DNA of 63,884 bases, filler included, from Chiloscyllium plagiosum (taxonomy: Eukaryota), in the NCBI RefSeq assembly GCF_004010195.1. It is 12 parts of 12 records of this genome, joined end to end, with 100 filler letters (N's around TTAATTAATTAA, not from the genome) between each part and the next. Parts side by side here need not be neighbours in the genome. Positions count along the whole stretch, not along the records: positions 38,150 to 43,426 come from NW_025197768.1; positions 43,527 to 47,185 come from NW_025192223.1; positions 47,286 to 49,943 come from NW_025183482.1; positions 50,044 to 51,147 come from NW_025127231.1; 8 more parts are not named here. One strand, 5' to 3'. The notes below the pieces were generated by a model. It searched no databases. It was not told the origin of the DNA and saw nothing but the letters and a program-made list of their open reading frames with translations. Positions 38,925 to 50,549 of this stretch are shown here, piece after piece. Positions within the stretch are counted from its first letter, which is position 1; each line of letters starts with the position of its first letter. The position numbers and the translations under genes were made by a program.

Positions 38925-39195
38925 ACACTGCAGACTGTGTCTCTCTGAGTGAGTGTACTACATAATGCTGCCTGTAGGTGTCACTCTGAGTGTGGGTGTA
39001 TTATTCAAAGAGACACCTACAGGCAGCTAGGGTTGTGAGCATGTTACTCAGTGCTGCGTGACTGTGCGTGTGTGTTAACTCAGTGTTGCCTGTAGGTGTG
39101 TCTCTGAGTGTGTGTGTATTATTCTGCACTGCCTGTAGGTATCTCAGTGAGTGTCATTGTGTTACTCTGTGTTGCCTGCAGGTGTCTCTAAGTGA
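38925..39195. repeat. Degenerate ~40-bp minisatellite (CTGCCTGTAGGTGTGTCTCTGAGTG...) with one inverted unit
   Basis: Five or more related units. 16-bp perfect inverted repeat at 38967-38982 / 39012-39027. Confidence 0.75.
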
Positions 39196-39350
39196 TGGGT
39201 AGAGAATAGGCTTTGTGATGGGGATTGAAGATTAGGCCTTAATCTTCTCAAATCTCAGATGAAAAACAATTTAGCCTGAGATGGCAGCTCATTTGGCCAA
39301 AGTTAAAAATCGCACAACACCAGGTTAGAGTCCAACAGGTTTCTTTGGAA

Positions 39351-39386
39351 GTACAAGCTTTCGGAGCACTGCTCCTTCATCAGGCA
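39351..39386 (-). ncRNA. Minimal hammerhead motif in Penelope-derived repeat
   Basis: TGC-CTGATGA-A-GGAGC-AGT-GCTCC-GAAA-GCTT-GTA. Intact core, 5-bp stem II, palindromic AAGCTT. Confidence 0.65.
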
Positions 39387-40264
39387 GCTAGTGGGGCAGG
39401 ATCATAGTTCACAGAATTTGTCATGAAATTGAGATGGCAGCTGAGAAAGGTGAATACTGAGAGTGTGTTCTCAGTAAGCGAGGGATTTCCGAGGCAGTGC
39501 ACTCTGTAGTTCCTAATGTGGTCCCCAATTACAAGGAGCCGGGGTCATTGCAGTTGTGGTTGTCTGCTCAGCCAGTGCTGGCTAGCCATAGTCGTATTTC
39601 AGTGCTCAATTAGCCCTAAACCAGGTGCAGCAATATTACCTTACAGGGAGGGAGCTGTCTGAGTGAGGGAGGTTGAATTCTTGCAGCCCCGAGAGTGATT
39701 GCAGTGGATTAATTAAGGGTGCTACCACCATGAAGGTGTGACCTTCTCTTCCTCTGCCTCAGCTGTGATGACCCTCAGGGTTAAACTCATCACCAGTCAT
39801 TTCTGTTTGTAATGAGTGAGTGGGGGGAACGGGAAAGTCAGGACTGAAGATGCTGGAGATCAGAGTTGAGAGTGTGTTGTGGGAAACCACAGCAGGTCAG
39901 GCAGCATCCGAGGAGCAGGATAATCAATATTTTGGGCATAAGCTCTTCATCAGGAATGGAGGGAAGGTCAACCTCTCCCAAAGGCAGCACAGGCTGGATC
40001 GACGGGGCCACAAGAGTAAGCATGGGGAGATTGATGGTGACAGAAGGAGGGGGTTGGTTGGCAGGTTGTTATTCAGAGTCAGGTCCCAGAATATCAGTCC
40101 TTCTGACACTCCCCTTTTTATCTGTCAGCCAGGACTCCCTGATTGGACACGGTTAACAGCTCATCAGGGAACTCATATTATCAGAAAAAATGAAACATTT
40201 ATCGAACAAGGAGTGCAAGAACTAAACGACACTAGACAAAATGAGTGGTTTGAAAGATTTCATT

Positions 40265-40572
40265 ACAGATATCATCAATTTGGCCCAACAAGTCCACACC
40301 GACCCACTGAAGAGAAACTCCCCGAGACCCATTCCCCTGCCCTATCACTCGACATTTGCCCTGACCGACACATTCCTGAACACTGTGACAATTGTAACAT
40401 GGCCAATTCACCTAACCTGCACATCTTTGGATTGTGGGAGGAAACTGGAGCACACGGAAGAAATCCACACAGACACAGGGGGAGCGTGCAAACTCCACAA
40501 AAATCTGGGGCTGGAATCGAACCAGGGTCCCTGGTGCTGTGAGTTAGCCGTGCTAACCACTGAGCCACCATG
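40265..40572 (-). mobile_element. V-SINE (HE1-like)
   Basis: Minus strand GGTGGCTCAGTGGTTAGC..GGTTCGATTCC head, followed by the V-domain. Confidence 0.85.
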
Positions 40573-41496
40573 GCAAAAATTTTTAAAAATGCCCAAAGAG
40601 TTTGAGCTTTTGTTCAGCTCCGTGAGCCTGACGTGATATAAACTATAAACATGCAACCCTCTGTCAGGGAAGGTAGTGCAGGGTGGAATCCTTTCAACCT
40701 TTAAATATCATAACATGCAAGGATCTGGGATAAGTGCAGGAAATTGGGATGAGAGTGCCTTTAGTGGTAGTTATGTTGGTNNNNNNNNNNNNNNNNNNNN
40801 NNNNNNNNNNNNNNNNNNNNNNNNNNNNNNNNNNNNNNNNNNNNNNNNNNNNNNNNNNNNNNNNNNNNNNNNNNNNNNNNNNNNNNNNNNNNNNNNNNNN
40901 NNNNNNNNNNNNNNNNNNNNNNNNNNNNNNNNNNNNNNNNNNNNNNNNNNNNNNNNNNNNNNNNNNNNNNNNNNNNNNNNNNNNNNNNNNNNNNNNNNNN
41001 NNNNNNNNNNNNNNNNNNNNNNNNNNNNNNNNNNNNNNNNNNNNNNNNNNNNNNNNNNNNNNNNNNNNNNNNNNNNNNNNNNNNNNNNNNNNNNNNNNNN
41101 NNNNNNNNNNNNNNNNNNNNNNNNNNNNNNNNNNNNNNNNNNNNNNNNNNNNNNNNNNNNNNNNNNNNNNNNNNNNNNNNNNNNNNNNNNNNNNNNNNNN
41201 NNNNNNNNNNNNNNNNNNNNNNNNNNNNNNNNNNNNNNNNNNNNNNNNNNNNNNNNNNNNNNNNNNNNNNNNNNNNNNNNNNNNNNNNNNNNNNNNNNNN
41301 NNNNNNNNNNNNNNNNNNNNNNNNNNNNNNNNNNNNNNNNNNNNNNNNNNNNNNNNNNNNNNNNNNNNNNNNNNNNNNNNNNNNNNNNNNNNNNNNNNNN
41401 NNNNNNNNNNNNNNNNNNNNNNNNNNNNNNNNNNNNNNNNNNNNNNNNNNNNNNNNNNNNNNNNNNNNNNNNNNNNNNNNNNNNNNNNNNNNNNNG

Positions 41497-41755
41497 GACA
41501 GAGATGAGGAAAAATGTTTTCACCCAGAGAGTGGTGAGCCTGTGGAATTCTCTGTCACAGAAAGTGGTTGAGGCCAAAACATGATGTTATCAAGAAAGAG
41601 ATAGACATAGCTCTTGTGGCTAAAGAATCAAGGGATATGGCGTAGGGATGGATTATAGTAATGTGCTCCATGACCAGCTTCAATCATATTGAATGGCATA
41701 ACAGGGTGGAGGGGCCAAATGGCCTACTCCTGTTCCTATCCTCTATGTTTCTACA
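41497..41755 (+). mobile_element. CR1 LINE 3' end
   Basis: TEMRKNVFTQRVVSLWNSL, then GGCCAAATGGCCTACTCCTGTTCC and a CTATGTTTCTA tail. Confidence 0.85.
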
Positions 41756-44259
41756 TCACATAAAATAGATTGCCAGGTGGAGGTCACTCTGTCAAATGGG
41801 AAAGTATCCATTCACAGATTCCACCCACACTACTTCCCTTTCATTTTAATTAGTCCACTCCCTCTCTTCCTATGTCTTTGTTATCTGACCAGTGACCACA
41901 TCTCCCTTTACCACCCCAGCAAGGAGATGTGCTAATAACCCATCGTTTGTTTTAATTTGCTAATTGGGTGATGTGGCGGTGGAGCTTTCAAAAACAGGAA
42001 GAGCTGAATTCTTATCACCTTTTGTGCTGATTTTTTTGTGTGTCTCCCTCAATATGGGCGACACAGCACTGCTGCCTCACAGAGCCAGGGACGCAGGTTC
42101 GAGAGTCACACAGCATAGATAGGCCCTTCGGCCCACCATGTCAATGCTGACCAACAAACACTAAACTACACTAATCCTATTTACCCGCAGTCGTTTGGAG
42201 CCTACCATGCCCTGGTATTATAAGTGCTCATCCAAATGATTTTAAAGGTTGTGTAATTTTCAGCCTTCACCACCCTCTCAGGCAGCATGTTCCATATATC
42301 GACCACACACTGGGTCAAAAAATACTTCCACCTTAATCTTATAACCTCTGGTTTTAAATAGGTTTGGTTGAGGAGCGGAGGCTGCAGAACAGTGTGAGAG
42401 GTCAGGAGTGGAGAGAGGGAGAACAGTGTGAGGGTGAGGAATGGAGGTTGGAGTAGGAAGACGCTTGTGTTCTGGAAAGCAGCAGAAATAGGGAAGAGAT
42501 CCAAGAGCTGATAGGAATAGTCTCCATGCTTCCTCACAGTAGCTTTATGGTGGGAAAGAGAATAAATCAGGAGATAATGAGGGCCTGGAATAAAGGCTGC
42601 TCATTAATTACAAATGACTTTAATCCTCGTCGATTATTTATAGTCAGATTTTTCTTTTCATTCATTCAAGGGATGAGGGTGTCACTGCCGAGGACAGCAT
42701 TTATTGCCCACTCCTAATTGCCCCAGAGGGCAGTTAACAGTCATCCACATTGCTGTGGGATTGGATTTCCATGTAGGCCAGACCAGGTCAGGATAGCAGT
42801 TCCCTTCCCTAAAGGACATTAGTGAACCAGATGGGCTTTCCTGACAATCGACATGGATTCATGGTCATCGTTAGACTCTTAATTTCAGACTTTTTAATTG
42901 AATTTAAATTCCCCCATCTGCCATGATGGGATTTGAGCCTGTGTCCCCAGAACCATATCTGGGTCTCTGTGCATTAATCACAGAAGGTTAGTATGGAGGT
43001 ACAGCAAGTCATCAGGAAAGTTCATAGAACATTATGGTGTATTGTGAGGGGAATCTGAATGCAAGACTTCATTGAAACAAGCAAGATCCTGAGGGGCCTT
43101 GACCGGGTGGATGTGGAAAGGATGTTTCCTCTTGTGGGAGAATCCAGAACTAGGGATCACTGTTTAAAATTAAGAGAGAGTCCATTCAAAACAGAGATTA
43201 GGAAACATGTTTTTCTCTCAGAGATTGTCAGTCTTTGGAATTCCCCTCCTTAAAAGGCAGTGGATGCAGAATTTAGAATCTATCCAGTATGGAAATAGGC
43301 CCTTCAGCCCAACAAGTCCACACAAACCCTCCGAAGAGTAACTAATCCAGACCCAGAGAATGTAGAGTTGAGGTTAAAATCAGATCAACTACAATCTTAT
43401 TGAATGGGGGAGCAGGTTCAAAGGGCNNNNNNNNNNNNNNNNNNNNNNNNNNNNNNNNNNNNNNNNNNNNTTAATTAATTAANNNNNNNNNNNNNNNNNN
43501 NNNNNNNNNNNNNNNNNNNNNNNNNNATTAGCTTGCCTAAACTGAATTTAGAAACGCCAGATACAAATGATATCTTATTTTGTAATTTGAGAGAAACTTG
43601 GAGTGGTTGCAGAAATAATGTCACTAATTGTCTGACAATAGTATTGAACTTCGTTTTAGCTTTTTCTGCTTGTGGTTGAATGTAGAATTAAAGGGAGTTA
43701 ATTTCCAGGAAATTGACTGTTAATTGACAGTTAAAGGGAGTTAATTTCCAATTGAATATTCTATACATAATCACTTTGAACACGCTTTATTTTCAGTTGC
43801 ATAAAGTGAATTTAGAAACATCTGGTATGATTTACAAGTTATTTTGTAGTGTGGCAGAGACTTGGAGTGTCCAGAAAAAAGTATGGCCAGTTAATTATTT
43901 GGCTGATAATATCTTCGAACTTTGATTTTAGTTTTATTTTCTCGTGAATGCATGTAAAAATACAGAGAGCCAACTTCCAATTGAATTTGTTTTGTTGTTT
44001 TAAACAAAATATCTGAAAACGTCATCTGAAAAATACTTCAAGCTGTTAAATTTCACTTTATCCCATTCAAAAAACACTTCCTAGCAGACTAATCAGCAAA
44101 ACAATATCCCAAGATGTGTATATTTCCACGTTTAAGAATAATCTCGTGTAAATATGAACCTATCTGTAAGGGCTTTGCAAGGTGCTACGAGGATCCAGTC
44201 TCAGCCTCCAGCAGGAAACCAACAGGCAGAACCTGTAAACCTGCCCCTTCTGATGATCA

Positions 44260-44265
44260 TATAAA
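44260..44265 (+). promoter_or_regulatory. TATA box candidate of VH promoter
   Basis: TATAAA about 90 nt upstream of the leader ATG. Confidence 0.5.
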
Positions 44266-44352
44266 TCCGGGTCACTGTGCTTTAGTTCAACACTCCTTGA
44301 TTTGGTTTGTTTAGAAAACTCTTGACAAAACCGTTTTCCACAAGTTATCAGA

Positions 44353-44401
44353 ATGATTAAGTCGACAATTTTTCTCAGTTTGTTACTGACGTTCTTGTCA
44401 T
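44353..44401 (+). CDS. IGHV: IgM VH leader exon
   Basis: [16 protein letters not shown]+T, then donor gtgagt at 44402. Confidence 0.92.
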
Positions 44402-44530
44402 GTGAGTGTTTTTTGTTCATATCTCTCTTTGTTACTGTCTCAATGTTAGTCTGCCTCAGAAATGTAAAAGACTTAGGCATCATTGTATCAGCATTAATTC
44501 TCATGGGTTCTTTCTTTTTCATTTTTAAAG

Positions 44531-44835
44531 GTGTCCAGTCGGAGATTGTTTTAACTCAACCAGAGGCAGAGAGTGGCCATCCCGGAGCCACCCTGAAACT
44601 GACCTATAAAACCAGCGGCTTCGATCTTACGAGTTACTGGATGCACTGGGTCCGACAGGTTCCCGGACAGGGGCTGGAGTGGCTGCTCAATTACAAAAGT
44701 TCATCCAGCAGTAACTATGCCCCAGCGATTAAGAATCGATTTACTGCGTCCAAAGACACTTCAAACAACATCTTCGCTTTGGAGATGAAGAGCCTGAAGA
44801 TCGAAGACACCGCCATATATTACTGTCCAAGATAC
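44531..44835 (+). pseudogene. IGHV: IgM VH segment, open frame but probably non-functional
   Basis: [77 protein letters not shown]. The first canonical Cys is Tyr (TAT). Confidence 0.9.
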
Positions 44836-44874
44836 CCCTGCGAGAGGAGCCAGGGCTGGACCCTTTCAAAAAAC
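44836..44874 (+). other. VH 23-RSS, defective heptamer
   Basis: CCCTGCG + 23 nt + TCAAAAAAC. The invariant CAC is lost. Confidence 0.75.
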
Positions 44875-45234
44875 AGCTCAAGGGGATATTTTACCAATTT
44901 CATCGTTAACTGACGGTCAGTAACCGTTTTAAATTGAGTTCAACCAACTGCGATCTGAAGCACACCTCGGGCTGTCTTTTACAACCCTATCATAGAGGAA
45001 ACATACCATTGAAACTAACAAACTGGGTGATATCATGGGACAATGTTTTTGGAATGTCGTATGTACTGCTTACTCTTCCACCAATTAAATGCTTGAACAT
45101 AATGTTAGTTTTAATGTATCTGACAGTTCGGGAAATATCTGCTAATCGTCTTCTGTAAACCATGCCGTTAATTCTAAACACTATCAGCACTAAATGTCTA
45201 TTTCTCATGAAAATTGAGACCCAGAGTGTATTAC

Positions 45235-45314
45235 AGAAAATGTACGGGTCGAAATCGCTGTGATACTACAGTGGGTCACAGTGATGTCGATAGTGACATC
45301 CTCATACAAAAACC
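45235..45314 (+). other. DH1 segment (ATACTACAGTGGGT, 45263-45276) with 12-RSS and 22-spacer RSS
   Basis: 5' side: AGAAAATGT-12-CGCTGTG. 3' side: CACAGTG-22-ACAAAAACC. Confidence 0.92.
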
Positions 45315-45622
45315 ACTGACAAGGGTTTGTCGCAAGTTGGTGATGACTAAAACTGAAGGAGCCAGATAATAATGTGAGACTTAATTTAAATCCCATGCAG
45401 GAGTGACGAGTTTGGACGAATTTCTAAAATTATTCTACTTTCCTCATTTTTATGGCTATATTAATGCACTCTGAACTTGCAAAAGTATTCTGAGCTTTTA
45501 AAATACAGTGAATAGAAAAAGCTGAAATATTCCACTAAATAATTTTTAGAGGAGCCTGGATCACTTCTTTCCAGGAATTGATGAAATTAAATATCTGCAT
45601 TTTACAGTTTGCAGCACGCCGT

Positions 45623-45671
45623 AGTATTTGACACAATGTGTCTCACAGTGACATACTGGGGTGACACTGCA
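45623..45671 (+). other. DH2 segment (ACATACTGGGGTGA, 45651-45664) with flanking RSS
   Basis: 5' side: AGTATTTGA-12-CACAGTG. 3' heptamer CACTGCA; the rest lies in the N gap. Confidence 0.85.
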
Positions 45672-45885
45672 ATTATGANNNNNNNNNNNNNNNNNNNNNN
45701 NNNNNNNNNNNNNNNNNNNNNNNNNNNNNNNNNNNNNNNNNNNNNNNNNNNNNNNNNNNNNNNNNNNNNNNNNNNNNNNNNNNNNNNNNNNNNNNNNNNN
45801 NNNNNNNNNNNNNNNNNNNNNNNNNNNNNNNNNNNNNNNNNNNNNNNNNTATTGTGTGACCCAGTCCAGAGAATGTAACGCAGTG

Positions 45886-45933
45886 ATTATCTTGATTACT
45901 GGGGCCAAGGGACCATGGTGACGGTGACTTCAG
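45886..45933 (+). CDS. IGHJ: JH segment
   Basis: YLDYWGQGTMVTVTS (WGxG motif), donor gtaaga at 45934. Heptamer CGCAGTG at 45879-45885, 23-nt spacer, partial nonamer ..TATTGT. Confidence 0.95.
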
Positions 45934-47584
45934 GTAAGAATGTGAACTTTCTCAGTGACTTTATTTTTTGCGAACGTTCCATTCATGTGAATAATTCCTG
46001 AATTTAAATGAAACTTAGATCCTGTGCTGAGCTTGGTTTGGTTCAGTTTGATTTTTGTTAAAACTGACAATAGACTAACATTAAGTCTCAGAAAATGACT
46101 GAAGTAGTGGTGGCGGATTCAGATGCTCAGTGCATATTTTTTTAAAAACTCATATGGGCATTCTGTGTGGCTGACTTACTTGAAACACCTAAAGTTTCTC
46201 AATCAGTCAGGTATAAGCAAAGTTTAGTAACACCCACTATCTGTGAGTTTTATTATCGACAACAAATGCTAAGAAACTTAAAGATGTTGGAAATATTACT
46301 AAACAGGATGATAATATGTTAATTTATTGAATATAATCCCTGGGTGCAAAATGCTCTTACCATGATTGCATTTTGTCATTTGAGTTGTTAATTTTGTTGA
46401 TGACAAGCACGTTGGATACTTCATGGAATCTTCTTGCGGTGCTGCATTTCATTCTTTTGATCGGATGCTGAATGTGTTTTATTTGCTTCTGTTGAAAAGT
46501 TGATTGGGTTCTGACTTTGCTTTATTTGATTCTGTTGAATTGAGTTGTTCCATCTTGTGGAATTGAACTGCGTTTTCATGCTTTCAGTAATCGGTGTTTT
46601 CTATTAGCAAAAAAGATTGTCTCTCTGGATGACTCTCAATTACGAATATCTGTGAAGAGCTTTGTTTGTACTGAATCGTTTCTGCGTTTGTTAAACGCGG
46701 GGCAATATTTTTTCTGATTGATTGAAAACACTATATCCGTTTGTAACTGTCTGAAGACCAACTTAAGGCAGAAACACGGAAGTGTGAGAAATGAAAAAAA
46801 AAACGACTTTTTAGAGCTTTTTTTATATACACAATCTCAGTTCTCATTTTAAACTAGTTAAAGTCTGTTTTGAGTAGCCTCATTCAAAATAAAATTTGGG
46901 ACTAAAATCTTAAGCTACCGAATTAATCAGATTTCATAATTGAGACTAACTTATCATAACATTCAATTATAATGTTTGTCCATTGAACTAATTTTATTTT
47001 GACCTGAAGGCGATTAATCAATAGATGCCTTCAGCTGCTCTACTGTGCACTGCACAAGTTTGACATCATTAGAAATACTATATAGGTTGATAACAAATTG
47101 ACTTGTTGCCGAATACGTTAAAGCTTTAAGCTTTGTTCAATAAGTTATATCGGAACCATGGCAACTGTTATGACTTTTTATTTCTNNNNNNNNNNNNNNN
47201 NNNNNNNNNNNNNNNNNNNNNNNNNNNNNTTAATTAATTAANNNNNNNNNNNNNNNNNNNNNNNNNNNNNNNNNNNNNNNNNNNNCACTGTAATGAAATG
47301 ACAGGGGGACGTGTTGTCGAAATGCAAAGCTCGGAGTCTGGCAAAATGGTGGGTGGCAAAGCACAGATGCGAAAGGAGCTGGGATGCAATGTGCACAGGT
47401 TGACTTGGGTAAGATGAGAGGTCAGTGATCAAGGGCTGAGGTCACGTCTTGGGTAGTGGGCTTTTGTCCGAGGTTGTGAAAATGATGGTGCCAGGTCCAG
47501 TCAGGGCCAGATTCACCATGGGCCAGGTGCAGGGCGGCAGGAGCGTAAATGAGTGAAAGGGATTGAGATCATATGTCCATCTGG

Positions 47585-48330
47585 AATATAGAATATAGAA
47601 CATTACAGTGCAGGACAGGCCCTTCAGCCCTCGATGTTGCGCTGACCTGTGGAACCAATCTGAAGCCTATCTATCCTACACGATTCCATTTTCATCCACA
47701 TGTTTATCCAATGACCTTTTAAATGCCCTTAAAGTTGGCGAGTGTACTATTGTTGCAGGCAGTGCGTTCCATGGCCCTACTACTCTCTGAGTAAAGAAAC
47801 AACCTCTGACATCTGTCATCTATGTCCTCTCCTGCTCTCCATCACTATTCAAGGAAAAAGACTTTCACTGTCCACTCTCTGTTTATCTTTTATGTCTTAA
47901 TTAAGTAACCTCTCAACCTTCTTCTCAAATAAAAACAGCCTCAAGACCCTCATCCTTTCCTCATTAAACCTTCCCTAAGTCACCTCTCAACCTTCTTCTC
48001 TCAAATAAAACAGCCTCAAGACCCTCATCCTTTCCTCATTCAACCTTCCCGCCATACCAAACAACATCCTGGTAAACCTCCTCTGAACTCTTCCAAAGCT
48101 TCCACATTCTCCCCATAATGTGGTGACCAGAACAGTACACAATACTCCCAAGTGCAGCCACACCAGAGTTTTGTACAGCCGCAGCCTACCTCGTGGTTCT
48201 GAAACTCAGTCCCTCTATCGATGAAAGCCAACACAAAGTATGTCTTCTTAACAACTCTATCAAACTGGCTGGCAACTTTTAGGGATCTATGTACATGGAC
48301 ACCGAGATCTCTCTGCTCAGCGACACTACC
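47585..48330 (-). mobile_element. CR1 LINE 3' fragment
   Basis: EQRDLGVHVHRSLKVASQ..EYCVLFWSPHY; (TTCTATA)n tail. Confidence 0.88.
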
Positions 48331-48859
48331 AATATGGATTGCCTGGGATGTGTTTCGTGTGATAGGGGTAGTGTGTTCTGGGCATGAATGGGTGTATAGC
48401 AGGGGAGGGTTTGTCAATGTGAGTGGGAATTTAGGTCTAGACAGAGTAAGTGCAGTGGTTAGTCTGAAAGATGAGGTTTGGTGGTGAACTGTGTGTCAGT
48501 TTGATAGTTATTAAAGTTAAAGATTACTTGTTCATTTCTCAAATCATATTTACGTAAATACTCAGCTGGAACACTCCAAAGTCTCTGAACCTTAATAGTC
48601 CTCCATTTTTCAGAGGCCTCCAGAATTCAGAGAATTGTAAATGAGATGTTTCAACTTCCAGACAATTGGCATGAGTTCAGCCGTGACAGCCATCCTCCCC
48701 GTCCCTAGTGTAGGTGGGATGCGCTTCAGATTAGTATGACAGGGCAGTGCAACATCGAGGGCCGAAGGGCTGTAATGTTCTATGTTCTATGATTCACTCT
48801 GACTTCTCTCCGGGGGTACTGCCAGCTGTTGGGTATTTCCAGCAGCGCGGCACCTCGTG

Positions 48860-49175
48860 GGGCAGCACGCTGGTTCCGTGGTTAGTGCTGCTGCCTCACA
48901 GTGCTAGGGACTCGGGTTCCATTCCAGCCTCGGATGACTGTCTGTGTGGACTTGGCACTTTCTCCCCATGTCTGTGTGCGTTTCCTCCCACAGTCCAAAG
49001 ATGTGCAAGCTGGGGGAAATTGCAAATGTTGTGTTCAGTGATTGGGAGGTTAGGTGCATTAGTCAGAGTTAACTATAGCATAATCGTGTAGGGGAATGGG
49101 TCTGGATGCGTTACTTTTCAGAGGGTGGGTATGGACTTGTTGGGCCAAATGGCCTGTTTGCACACACTGTAGAAT
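48860..49175 (+). mobile_element. V-SINE (HE1-like) in the J-Cmu1 intron, shared with the paralog at 50044-50200
   Basis: GTGGTTAGTGCTGCTGCCTCACAG head; GGACTTGTTGGGCCAAATGGCCTG tail. Confidence 0.82.
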
Positions 49176-49512
49176 TTCGATGAATCTGCATTTCCTTGGT
49201 TTGTAGTTTGTGAACCTTCTCTGCTCTTCACAGCAATCCAGTGAAAGTGTCAGTTGGTGAGATCTTCAAACAGTTACTGGGGTGGGATCAGGATGTTCTT
49301 CTTCCGAAATTATATGACAATGGTCAAGGTCGAGGGCATGTTTCTAAAGAGGGAGCCAATGATCTTGATCAGCAACTGATAGGAAACAAAAATAAACCCC
49401 AGTTATGCTGTCGACTTCAGCGGGAGCATACTGGCAAACGTTTACAGCTGAGGATACATTTGAATAACTGATAAGGTCAAATTAACATGCTCAATTGGTC
49501 ATTCTATTGTAG

Positions 49513-49818
49513 AGACACCGTCTCCCCCCACGCTTTATGGCCTGGTCTCCTCCTGTCAGGAGCACAACACCGGTTCTGTGATCTTTGGTTGTTTGGCGAT
49601 GGACTATTCCCCTGACGTCTCCAAGGTAACCTGGAAGAAAGGTGGGGAGCTAATCACGACTGGATTGAAGACTTACCCATCAGTGAGAAACAAGAAGGGA
49701 ACCTATACCCTGAGCAGCCAGTTAACCCTGCCCGACTCAGCGGTAGATTGCCCCAGCAAAATCTCCTGTGAGGTTCAACACAGCGGGTCACACAAGAGCA
49801 AAGTAATGCCATGTCCAG
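49513..49818 (+). CDS. IGHM: IgM Cmu1 exon, intact
   Basis: Acceptor tattgtag. Reads (E)[82 protein letters not shown], donor gtaagt at 49819. 306 nt, phase 1-1. Confidence 0.95.
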
Positions 49819-50549
49819 GTAAGTGTTGAGGAAACTGAGATAAACAGATGATCTGTGATTAACATGAATAAGGCATTATTTATAACCGTTTTCACAGAAT
49901 CACCTTCTCCAGCACAGGAAAAAGTCCCTTTGATCCATCCAATNNNNNNNNNNNNNNNNNNNNNNNNNNNNNNNNNNNNNNNNNNNNTTAATTAATTAAN
50001 NNNNNNNNNNNNNNNNNNNNNNNNNNNNNNNNNNNNNNNNNNNGAATTGCAAATGTTGTGTTCAGTGATTGGGAGATTAGATGCATTAGTCAGGGTTAAC
50101 TGTAGCATAATAGGATAGAAGAATGGGTCTGGATGCGTTACTTTTCAGAGGGTGGGTGTGGACTTGTTGGGCCAAATGGCCTGTTTGCACAAACTGTACA
50201 ATTTCGATGTATCTGCATTTCCTTGGTTTGTATTTTGTGAAACTTCACTGCTCTTCACAGCAATCCAGTGAAAGTGTCAGTTGGTGAGATCTTCAAACAG
50301 TTACTGGGGTGGGATCAGGATGTTCTTTTTCCTAAATTATATGGCAATGGTCAAGGTCGAGGGCATGTTTCTAAAGAGGGAACCAATGATCATGATCAGC
50401 AACTGGTAGGAAACAAAAATAAACCCCAGTTATGCTGTCGACTTCAGCGGGAGCATACTGGCAAACGTTTACAGCTGAGGATACATTTGCATAACTGATA
50501 AGGTCAAATTAACAGAATTTAACATGCTCAATTGGTCATTCTATTGTAG

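Noticed and set aside
39820-40636. 240-aa and 131-aa ORFs
   Set aside because: Composite of a Penelope-derived repeat and an antisense V-SINE; no recognisable domain.
44353-44913. 186-aa ORF reading through the VH leader intron as a membrane-anchored V protein
   Set aside because: Canonical GT/AG sites define a 129-nt intron. The in-frame, stop-free, T-rich read-through is plausibly chance.
46770-46800. Ets/IRF-like motifs in the JH-C intron as an intronic enhancer
   Set aside because: Short motifs with non-canonical spacing in AT-rich DNA; not supportable without conservation data.
47903-48050. ~74-bp tandem duplication
   Set aside because: Local slippage inside a CR1 fragment.
49241-49471. 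76-aa ORF conserved at 50268-50498
   Set aside because: GTG start, intronic, and conserved only because the whole Cmu1 region is a recent paralog. The same applies to 26659-26967 / 29882-30196.
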